Assembly (NCBI GenBank): GCA_963729715.1
Contig: CAVSPA010000019.1
Span: forward strand, 1-13,336
From: an uncultured delta proteobacterium
GTDB taxonomy: Bacteria; Desulfobacterota; Syntrophia; Syntrophales; UBA2185
Reading direction: 5' to 3'
Length of the DNA: 13,336 nucleotides
Position 1 is the stretch's first letter. Every line of letters begins with the position of its first letter. Under the pieces are notes generated by a model. It saw only the letters and a program-made list of their open reading frames with translations. It searched no databases and was not told the origin of the DNA. Shown one piece after another: positions 1-7,561 of the stretch. Made by a program: the position numbers and the translations under genes.

Positions 1-1
1 A

Positions 2-202
2 GGGCAGAGCAAAGGCCTTCTTGATCCGAATATCGCTACTGAATTCATGTTCGATATACTTTATGGAATAATTCATCGTTTTGTCTATATGTGGTTATAT
101 TTGAAAAGAAAAGACAGCTTGACGTCCTATACCAACATGTACTTTGATATTATATGGCGTGCTATCGAAAATCCCACTGCCGGAAAGAAATTGCAGGGAT
201 AA
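2..202 (+). CDS. 3' end of a probable TetR/AcrR-family transcriptional regulator (C-terminal ligand-binding domain); 5' end is outside the window
   Basis: Not in the ORF track. The frame is open from nt 2 to TAA at 200-202: GQSKGLLDPNIATEFMFDILYGIIHRFVYMWLYLKRKDSLTSYTNMYFDIIWRAIENPTAGKKLQG*. The GQxxGxxxxxI...IxG.......W pattern resembles TetR C-terminal helices (FadR/YsiA-like). The HTH is not visible. Confidence 0.6.
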   Translation, partial: GQSKGLLDPNIATEFMFDILYGIIHRFVYMWLYLKRKDSLTSYTNMYFDIIWRAIENPTAGKKLQG

Positions 203-385
203 TATTCTTCTTATCTCACACCGTTTAATCAAGTTAAAAAACCCCGATCGATTTTCTAAATCCTTTATGTGGCCGGGAAGAAAAGACTCGGACAAACCCG
301 GATGTTTTAAAGGCTTGTTGCATTGTATTTCTGATTTTACAGGCCTGTGGAATATTTCACAGGGAGATGACCACTTTAAAAATAA

Positions 386-414
386 TTGACATACAAACGG
401 AATTTTCCTATATC
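386..414 (+). promoter_or_regulatory. Possible sigma70 promoter for the two-component operon
   Basis: Perfect TTGACA at 386-391, a 17-nt spacer, and TATATC (4/6 match to -10) at 409-414, in an AT-rich intergenic region about 100 nt upstream of the kinase start. Confidence 0.4.
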
Positions 415-512
415 GCACATTTAGATAAACAATGTTTTATCAGAATTTCTTCCATACGGAACGATTGATTACATCTACCGATCTTGATTAGCGGATACTA
501 TGGAGAATGACC

Positions 513-2273
513 ATGCCCCAAGCGGTGATTATAACCACAAAGAATTTCAAGATCATTGATGCAAGTTCGGGCTGTACGATCCTGCCCAAAGACGCCCGCC
601 TCAATGCCGAGGGCAGTCTTTTGGATATATTGCCTGAACTGAGGCAGTATATCGGAAATGAAACACTCCATGAACCCCTTGTATGCCGGAGTGTGGCGCT
701 TGGCAACAGGAACTATACGATGCGGTCCATCCCCGCCGAGAATCTCATCGCTTTTTTTTTCCATGAACAGGATGAGCCTGCAGCTGATACAGCGTCCCTT
801 GACGAGATTAACAAACTCAGAGAGCGAACAAGTTTGCTCGAGACCATCATTGAAGAGGCCCCTATAGGTTTTATGTTGTTCAGTGAGGACGGCACCATCA
901 TTTACGTGAACAAGAAACAGGAGCAGAATACCCGCAAAAAGAGACAGGAGATCATCGGTCACAACACCATGGAGATATATAAGAAGTTTCAAGATTATCC
1001 ACAAGGCCTGGAGTTTTATAACAAGGTCGTGAACAGCACGGACGATGATTTCTCAATCACCATCGATCACTACTACCCCCAGTTCTACAAGCGAGACATG
1101 ATCATCAGGTTCCTGGCAAAGAGGCTCAAGGAGCATAAGATGATCGCTACGTTCGTGGAGATTGAGGAAGATCTCTACCGAGAGAAGCGCAAGGCAGAGA
1201 AGGCAGGCGAAGAGTTGAGGATGTCCCAGAGCTACTTGGCCCAGTTGCTCGATGCGTCGCCTAATATGGTCATCTCGGTTGACAGTAAACGCAGGGTCGT
1301 CAGCTTCAACAAGACCGCAGAGCGGCTGCTGGGATTCAAGGCGGGTGAGGTGTACAACTCCCCCGTGGACCGGTTTTTCCCCAAAGAGGAGTTCCCCAAG
1401 ATCGACGCCGCGGTCTCCTCCAAGGTCCTCTGGTACGACACTTTGCATATCTACCGTTCCGACAAATCCAGCTTTGCCATCGAGCTCTACAGCACCAAAA
1501 TCAAGGATGAAAAGACTGGCAAGGATATTGCAACCCTGTTCCTGGCTGCGGACATAGAGAAGGCGAATCAGCTCAGGAAGAACCTCATTCAGTCGCAGAA
1601 GATGAACTTCATTGGTGAGTTGGTTAGCGGTCTTGCTCACCAGCTCAATAACCCGCTGGTTGGCGTGGTGAATATTGCCGATGTCCTTCTGGAAAAGATA
1701 AGTAAGGATGATGAAAAATACCCTTATGTGAAGATGATCAAGGATGCAGGCGTTAACTGCAAAGAAGTTATCTCCAGACTGCTGCGTTTCTCCCGGAAGC
1801 AGCAGGACGTGCCCAAGGTGGATATAGACGTGAGGAAAGTACTCGACACGGGCATCGACATGCTCATAAAGCAGCATCCGATGTTCAAGAACATCCGTGT
1901 TGAGCGAATCTATCGATCCACGCCCATCATCAGCGGCGACCCGGTACTGCTGCAGCAGGCCTTTATGAACATGCTTCTCAACAGCGCACAGGCCTCAGGC
2001 GACAAAGGTGTCATCACGGTTACGTGCGGGTCTGACCGCTTTCGGGGAAGGCAGGTTGTCGTGGCCATAACCGATACCGGCTGCGGGATACCGGAGGAAG
2101 ACATTCCCAGAGTGTTCGAGCCGTTTTTCAGCACGAAGGAGGCGGATGACGGTACGGGTATCGGACTGAGCCTCGCTTACTGGATCATCCATGACCACGG
2201 GGGGAGGATTAGTGTAGAGAGTGCACCAGGCAAGGGAGCTACCTTTACCACCTACTTGCCGGCAACAAGATGA
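513..2273 (+). CDS. Cytoplasmic PAS-domain sensor histidine kinase (PAS-PAS-HisKA-HATPase, NtrB/AtoS-like)
   Basis: Two PAS motifs (IIEEAPIGFMLFSEDGTIIYVN; LLDASPNMVISVDSKRRVVSFNKTAERLLG), H-box GLAHQLNNPL, N-box QQAFMNMLLNSAQA, G1 DTGCGI, F-box FEPFFSTK and G2 GTGIGL. No transmembrane helix is evident. ATG 513 is preferred over 507 because GGAG at 502-505 is 7 nt upstream of it. Confidence 0.93.
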   Translation: MPQAVIITTKNFKIIDASSGCTILPKDARLNAEGSLLDILPELRQYIGNETLHEPLVCRSVALGNRNYTMRSIPAENLIAFFFHEQDEPAADTASLDEINKLRERTSLLETIIEEAPIGFMLFSEDGTIIYVNKKQEQNTRKKRQEIIGHNTMEIYKKFQDYPQGLEFYNKVVNSTDDDFSITIDHYYPQFYKRDMIIRFLAKRLKEHKMIATFVEIEEDLYREKRKAEKAGEELRMSQSYLAQLLDASPNMVISVDSKRRVVSFNKTAERLLGFKAGEVYNSPVDRFFPKEEFPKIDAAVSSKVLWYDTLHIYRSDKSSFAIELYSTKIKDEKTGKDIATLFLAADIEKANQLRKNLIQSQKMNFIGELVSGLAHQLNNPLVGVVNIADVLLEKISKDDEKYPYVKMIKDAGVNCKEVISRLLRFSRKQQDVPKVDIDVRKVLDTGIDMLIKQHPMFKNIRVERIYRSTPIISGDPVLLQQAFMNMLLNSAQASGDKGVITVTCGSDRFRGRQVVVAITDTGCGIPEEDIPRVFEPFFSTKEADDGTGIGLSLAYWIIHDHGGRISVESAPGKGATFTTYLPATR

Positions 2274-2280
2274 GGATGCA

Positions 2281-3648
2281 ATGGAAAAAAATCTACCCAA
2301 CATACTCGTAGTGGACGACGAGGAATACACGAGGGCTTACTTCAAGGGGATTCTACCCAAGGACGAGTACCGCGTGAGTTTCGCAAAAGACGGGGCTGAG
2401 GCGCTCAAAAAATGGGCGAACGAGGCCTTTGACCTCATCATTATGGATATACGTATGCCCGGCATAGACGGCATGGAAGTCCTAAAGCGAATTCGTATTC
2501 TGGATGAGGTTACCATGATTATCATGATCTCGGCTTACGGCGACATGGATTCTGTCATCGAAGCCATGAGGCTCGGCGCTAACGATTTCTTTGCCAAACC
2601 GTTTGGCAGTATCGATAAAATCAAGCTGGACATCAAAAACTGTCTCGAGCGCAGGATGCTTATCCGCGAGAATGAGCGGCTGAAACAGGAAATCATCTCC
2701 GGGACCGCCGGTCAGGAAATGGTGTATGCCTGCAAAGCCATGGAAACAACCATCGAGCAGGCCGCGAGGGCTGCTCAGTTGAATCTTCCGGTGCTTGTCC
2801 TGGGTGAAAGCGGGACAGGCAAGGAGTTGATTGCCCGGTATATCCATGCCCACAGTCCCCGCGCAAATGAGCCGTTTTTTGCCGTGAACTGCGGGGCCTT
2901 GAGCGAGACTCTCCTGGAACCCACTCTGTTCGGCCATGAAAAGGGGGCGTTTACCGGTGCCAATGCCACGGTGAAGGGATATTTTGAGGCGGCGCGGGGC
3001 GGGACTATTTTTCTCGATGAAATCGGAGAAACATCGCCATCATTCCAGGTAAAGCTGCTGAGAGTTCTTCAGGAATGCGAGATCATGCGAGTCGGAGGGG
3101 CCAAGTCCATCAAGGTGGATTTCAGACTCATCTCCGCAACAAATACCGACCTCGCGAATCTCATCAGGCAGGGTGATTTCAGGAAGGACCTCTTCTATCG
3201 CATCAACGTCATCCGGATCGAGGTCCCGCCTCTGCGGGAAAGGAGCGAAGACATACCGTTATTGCTGGATCACTTCATGCATCAGGTATGCGAGCGAAAC
3301 GCAATCAAAAAAAAGCGGTTTCCGCCGGAGGTGCTTGCCTGTCTCATGCAGTACCCATGGGAGGGCAATGTGCGCGAACTGCGCAATCTTGTGGAGAGGA
3401 TAGCCGTCTTTTCCAGAAGGCCGATGATAACGCTGGAAGACCTTCCCCATGAATACCGCAATGGTTGTAATGACCCGCGGGAGGCAAAAGACATGCCGCA
3501 TAACTATGAACAGGCAAAGGCTCTGTTTGAGTCACGGTACATGAAGAACCTGATGGCCGATACAGGGGATGACCTTAAACAGGCATCCATCCTGTCCGGG
3601 CTTGATCTGTCAACGCTCTACAGAAAAAAGAACCGCCTCACCGAATAA
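2281..3648 (+). CDS. Sigma54-dependent response regulator (receiver + AAA+ + Fis-type HTH; NtrC/AtoC family)
   Basis: Receiver motifs VVDDEE, MDIRMPG, SAYG and AKP. AAA+ motifs: Walker A GESGTGKE, GAFTGA loop, Walker B FLDEIGE, FRKDLFYRIN and WEGNVREL. C-terminal GLDLSTLYRK. The start is ATG 2281, after a GAGGA RBS overlapping the kinase stop. The ORF-track start at 2221 is an over-extension. Confidence 0.96.
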   Translation: MEKNLPNILVVDDEEYTRAYFKGILPKDEYRVSFAKDGAEALKKWANEAFDLIIMDIRMPGIDGMEVLKRIRILDEVTMIIMISAYGDMDSVIEAMRLGANDFFAKPFGSIDKIKLDIKNCLERRMLIRENERLKQEIISGTAGQEMVYACKAMETTIEQAARAAQLNLPVLVLGESGTGKELIARYIHAHSPRANEPFFAVNCGALSETLLEPTLFGHEKGAFTGANATVKGYFEAARGGTIFLDEIGETSPSFQVKLLRVLQECEIMRVGGAKSIKVDFRLISATNTDLANLIRQGDFRKDLFYRINVIRIEVPPLRERSEDIPLLLDHFMHQVCERNAIKKKRFPPEVLACLMQYPWEGNVRELRNLVERIAVFSRRPMITLEDLPHEYRNGCNDPREAKDMPHNYEQAKALFESRYMKNLMADTGDDLKQASILSGLDLSTLYRKKNRLTE

Positions 3649-3879
3649 TACCATTTCTAAATCCAGGATGAAATTGCGGCGCAAGGCTTAAAGCAGCGAG
3701 GCGTATGTGATCTACGCCATTTTGGCGCAGATCATCGGTAAGGAAATAATCTGTTTATATCGTGTCCCCTTCGGATCACTCCCGTATTTACAAACGTTTA
3801 GGGAAGCCGACATCGACGCCTGGAATTAGTATGAGTCGTTCGCATTCGCGCAAAAGATTGGACGAAATGCGAAACCGTT

Positions 3880-3892
3880 TAACAAGTTGATT
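3880..3892 (-). promoter_or_regulatory. Putative IHF binding site
   Basis: The minus strand reads AATCAACTTGTTA, an exact match to the IHF consensus WATCAANNNNTTR, about 150 nt upstream of the sigma54 -24 element. Confidence 0.6.
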
Positions 3893-4041
3893 TAAATTGG
3901 ATATTAAAAAGTTACCTCTCTATCATATGCATAGATGCAAAATCGGTCCCTTGCCTGCCATTGCATTCTAAACAGCAAAGAAAACCCATAGTCCTTTCAA
4001 AACGCGGGTCTTGACGCGATGATTCACGCGTGTGCGTTGTT

Positions 4042-4057
4042 TGGCACATTTGTTGCT
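4042..4057 (+). promoter_or_regulatory. Sigma54 (RpoN) -24/-12 promoter of the SCP2-ligase-ACAD(-thiolase) operon
   Basis: TGGCAC-ATTTG-TTGCT, with GG at 4043-4044 and GC at 4055-4056 separated by the invariant 10 nt. It lies directly downstream of a sigma54 activator gene and 83 nt before the SCP2 ATG. Confidence 0.9.
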
Positions 4058-4080
4058 ATTTTAGAACGTAATACAAAAAT

Positions 4081-4105
4081 GCATATGACTTCATGCTTCA
4101 TATGC
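4081..4105. promoter_or_regulatory. Perfect inverted repeat GCATATGA-N9-TCATATGC in the 5' leader (operator or RNA hairpin)
   Basis: 8-bp perfect arms at 4081-4088 and 4098-4105, just downstream of the predicted +1 (~4068). A third copy of the arm is at 3923-3930. Confidence 0.45.
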
Positions 4106-4139
4106 TCCGGTATTAAAAAGACGAAAGAGGAGGATAGCT

Positions 4140-4523
4140 ATGGCGATTTTTAAGAATACGGAATATCTCTATGAAGTACTCGGCGGTTTCTGGAAGGCAC
4201 TCTACGATAAGCCTGAGTTCAGCACGTTATTAAAAGAATCCGGTGTCCAAATCAAATTTGAGATCTCTGATCCCAGCGCCATCCTCTGGGTCGGTCCGGA
4301 TGGGGTTGAGTTTGGAGAGCAGAACCTCAAGGCCGACGTTACCATGCAGCTTGCCGGCGATGTCTGCCACGCTTACTGGAAAAAAGAGCTGAGTCTTCCT
4401 GTGGCGCTCGCTACGCGCAAGATCAAGTCGAGGGGCAACATTGCCAAGGTTATGAAGCTCCTGCCGGTGTTGAAACCCGCTTACGAGATGTATCCCGAGT
4501 ATATGAAGAAACACGGCATATAG
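4140..4523 (+). CDS. Stand-alone SCP2 (sterol carrier protein 2) lipid-binding domain protein
   Basis: 127 aa with strong RBS GAGGAGG. It carries the SCP2-type signature ADVTMQL...ELSLPVALATRKIKSRGNIAKVMKL. Confidence 0.85.
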   Translation: MAIFKNTEYLYEVLGGFWKALYDKPEFSTLLKESGVQIKFEISDPSAILWVGPDGVEFGEQNLKADVTMQLAGDVCHAYWKKELSLPVALATRKIKSRGNIAKVMKLLPVLKPAYEMYPEYMKKHGI

Positions 4524-4572
4524 CAATCCGTATGCCGCGTGCAGTACTGTAATATATGAACAAGGAGTTACT

Positions 4573-6171
4573 ATGTCTGAAGACTATGTAAAAGGGCTAT
4601 TTTCTGATGAGGTAGCGCAAAAGTGCGAGAAAATGCCGGACTTCCCGGTGATTACTTTTGAGAACGGAGAGAAACTCTCAGACGAGATCGTTACATATAA
4701 AGATTTGTTTGTAAACGGGTGCAAGGTAGCCAAAGCCCTTCAATCAGCGGGAATCGGCAAGGGTGACCGCTTTAGTCTGGTCATGCGCAATCATCCGGAA
4801 TTTCTCTATACTCTGCTTGCGGCATCCATCACGGGCGCGGTAGTCGTCCCCATTGATCCGCGTTCCAAAGGGAGCAAACTGAGTTACCAGATCAAGGATT
4901 CGAATTCAAAGGGGATCATCTTTACCAACGAGTTTGCTCCTGATGTGGAAAAATCGCTCGCGGAGCTTAAAGACGTGAAGGTGATAGGTGTAGCGTACAA
5001 GGAAGGCTTTGAAAAGCCTATCCTCAATCAGTTCCCGTCATTGAACGAAATACTCGAAGGTCCGGAAGCCGGCCTGCCGGCCAACATGAACAGGGAACTG
5101 AACACGCCGTTTGAAATTATCTATACCTCCGGTACAACGGGCGACCCCAAGGGTGTGGTCATCAAAGCGCACAGGATGCCCCAGTTCACAATGCTTGCCC
5201 AGTTCATCTGGCAATACGCCGCTGACGACAAGCTCTACACCGGTCTTTCGCTCACCCACGGCAACGCCCAGTCGGTCACTCTGGTACCCGCTCTCATGCT
5301 GAATATCCCCGCGGTCATCAGCCGCAAGTTCACCAAGAGCAGGCTATGGGACGTCTGCCGCAAGCATGGTTGCACCACCTTCTCGCTGTTGGGCGGAATG
5401 ATGATGGGCATCTACAGCGAACCCAGAGCGGCAAACGACGCGGATAATCCCGTACGCAAAGTATTAAGCGCCGGGACGCCGCTAAGTATTTGGGCGGACT
5501 TCGAGAAACGCTTCAATGTGAAGATTCATGAGTGGTACGGAGCGGTGGAGGGCGGATTCGCGCACAATCCTCCGGGGGAGGGCCCCATCGGTTCCTTTGG
5601 AAAGCCCATAGAAGGGCTTATGGAGATGAAGATCGTACGCGACGACGATTCCGAATGCGCGCCCGGTGAGATCGGGGAGTTGGTCGTGGCCCAGAAACAG
5701 GGCAAAGTGGAAGTGGAGTATCTGGGGAAAAACAAGGCTTCCGAAGAAAAAACAAGAGGCGGGGTGCTCCGGACCGGCGATATGTGCCACAAGGATGAGA
5801 ACGGCTGGCTGTTCTTCGATTTCCGCAAGGGCGGAGGATTGCGCCGCCAGGGGGATTTCATTCTGCCTGAGTATGTAGAGAAGGCTTTAGCCGATCTGGC
5901 CTATGTGAGCGACGTCTGCGTGTACGGCATTCCGGCGGAATCAGGTTCGCCGGGCGAGAGCGACATCGTGGCTGCCGTGGTTTTAGCGCCCGGTGCGAAA
6001 CTGGATATGAAGAAGATTTCCAAAGAGTTGAATAAGTCCCTGGAGAAGAGCTATATACCGCAGTTTCTCCAGGTCGTGAACGACATTCCAAAAACCGCTT
6101 CCGAGAAAAATCTCGATCGCGTGTTACGTGATGAATTCAGCAAGGACGCGGCCAATGTCTACAGGTTTTAA
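4573..6171 (+). CDS. AMP-forming acyl-CoA synthetase/ligase (CaiC-like subfamily; substrate unknown)
   Basis: RBS AAGGAG, P-loop IYTSGTTGDPKG, WYGAVEG, RTGDM, and C-terminal IPKTASEK lysine motif. Confidence 0.92.
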   Translation: MSEDYVKGLFSDEVAQKCEKMPDFPVITFENGEKLSDEIVTYKDLFVNGCKVAKALQSAGIGKGDRFSLVMRNHPEFLYTLLAASITGAVVVPIDPRSKGSKLSYQIKDSNSKGIIFTNEFAPDVEKSLAELKDVKVIGVAYKEGFEKPILNQFPSLNEILEGPEAGLPANMNRELNTPFEIIYTSGTTGDPKGVVIKAHRMPQFTMLAQFIWQYAADDKLYTGLSLTHGNAQSVTLVPALMLNIPAVISRKFTKSRLWDVCRKHGCTTFSLLGGMMMGIYSEPRAANDADNPVRKVLSAGTPLSIWADFEKRFNVKIHEWYGAVEGGFAHNPPGEGPIGSFGKPIEGLMEMKIVRDDDSECAPGEIGELVVAQKQGKVEVEYLGKNKASEEKTRGGVLRTGDMCHKDENGWLFFDFRKGGGLRRQGDFILPEYVEKALADLAYVSDVCVYGIPAESGSPGESDIVAAVVLAPGAKLDMKKISKELNKSLEKSYIPQFLQVVNDIPKTASEKNLDRVLRDEFSKDAANVYRF

Positions 6172-6206
6172 AAATTACACAAATTCGGCAATAAGGAGAG
6201 AATACA

Positions 6207-7478
6207 ATGGCATACGATTATCTTGACCTGCACGCGGCAAACCCGATACAGTTGACGGAAGAGCACGAGGCTCTCAAGAAGGCTGTAAGGAAATTCGCCA
6301 CAGAAGTGGTGAGACCGGCCTCTATCGAGCTCGACAAAATGAGCGCTGAAGACGTGGCTAAGAAAGATTCACCTTACTGGACCTGTATGAGGAAGGCTCA
6401 TGAACTCGGGTACCATACAATCTTCATCCCTCAGGAGAGCGGAGGTATCGGACTCGATCCCCTGGGGCTCCACATCTTTTTTGAGGAGATGGCGGTAGCC
6501 AGCATAGGCATTGCCGTTTCCTGCGGCGTTGACGTCTTCCCCACATTTTTTGCAAACATGATCATGGCGGAATATCCTCAGCTTGAGGATATCGTTCTCA
6601 AACCTTACGTGGCGGATACGGACTGCTCGATGCTGGGATGCTGGGCTATCACAGAGTCGGAACATGGTTCGGACATACTCACGCCCTTTCAACCCCACTT
6701 TCACAATCCCAAAATAACCCATCAACTCGTGGGCAAAAAGGACGGCGACGACTGGATATTAAACGGACAGAAGGCTGCATGGGTATCCAATGGAACCGTG
6801 GCATCCATGTCGCTGCTTTTCTTCGGCACCGATCCCTCTATGGGATTGGCAGGCGGAGGTATCGCCATTGCCGACCTCACGGACAAGGGCGTTACCAGGG
6901 GGAAACCATTAGAGAAGATCGGACAAAGGGACCTCCCCCAGGGCGAGATCTACTTCGATGATGTGCGGGTGCCCAAGGAGCGTATCTTCTCGCTGTCAGA
7001 TTCCTACGAACAAATGACCGACCTCGTGCTGGGAGCGGCCAATGCCCACATGGCCATTATGTGCGTGGGAGGCGCCAGAGCCGCTTTTGAAGAGACACTC
7101 AAGTACACCCAGGAAAGGGTTCAGGGCGGCAAGCTCTTGTGCGAGCACCAGGACGTGAAAAGAAGGCTTGCCGAGATGTTCATCAGCATCGAAGCGGCCC
7201 GTCAGCTTTCACGTAACGTGATGATGTACAACCTCTGGGATTTTCCGCCTAACACTACATACTCCATGGCCGCCAAAGTGTACTGCTCGAGAGTTGCTTT
7301 TGACGTGGCCCAGAACTGCCTCCAGATTTTCGGCGGTAACGGTCTGACCAAGGAGTATGTCATTGAAAAGTTATTCCGCGACATCACTTCCACCAGGATC
7401 GAGGACGGCTCCAATGAGAGTCTGACGCTTGCTATCGGCAACGAACTCCTCCACGGAGAAAGACCTTATGGAGGCTGA
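6207..7478 (+). CDS. Acyl-CoA dehydrogenase family protein
   Basis: RBS AAGGAG. Motifs: WAITESEHGSD, WILNGQKAWVSNG, KIGQR...EIYFDDVRVP, YTQERVQGGK, QIFGGNGLTKEYVIEKLFRD. Confidence 0.95.
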   Translation: MAYDYLDLHAANPIQLTEEHEALKKAVRKFATEVVRPASIELDKMSAEDVAKKDSPYWTCMRKAHELGYHTIFIPQESGGIGLDPLGLHIFFEEMAVASIGIAVSCGVDVFPTFFANMIMAEYPQLEDIVLKPYVADTDCSMLGCWAITESEHGSDILTPFQPHFHNPKITHQLVGKKDGDDWILNGQKAAWVSNGTVASMSLLFFGTDPSMGLAGGGIAIADLTDKGVTRGKPLEKIGQRDLPQGEIYFDDVRVPKERIFSLSDSYEQMTDLVLGAANAHMAIMCVGGARAAFEETLKYTQERVQGGKLLCEHQDVKRRLAEMFISIEAARQLSRNVMMYNLWDFPPNTTYSMAAKVYCSRVAFDVAQNCLQIFGGNGLTKEYVIEKLFRDITSTRIEDGSNESLTLAIGNELLHGERPYGG

Positions 7479-7561
7479 CGGACAGCCATCGTTGAAAATG
7501 GTATTGGCCGTTTTGATTTTACAGGAAGAAATTCGCGCACAAAATTGAGAAGGAGTTGTTC

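Noticed and set aside
95..418. ORFs 95..418 (-) and 144..389 (+)
   Set aside because: They have no recognisable motifs or RBS, and they overlap the better-supported TetR-like tail (2-202) and the AT-rich promoter region.
752..760. T9 tract in the kinase (and A8 at 3307-3314 in the regulator) as phase-variation sites
   Set aside because: Both are in frame and encode ordinary Phe or Lys runs. There is no evidence of variability from one sequence.
1053..1877. Long antisense ORFs (1053..1877, 11870..12682, 498..1004, 2482..2937, 12586..13047 and others)
   Set aside because: These are shadow ORFs opposite well-supported + strand genes and carry no protein motifs.
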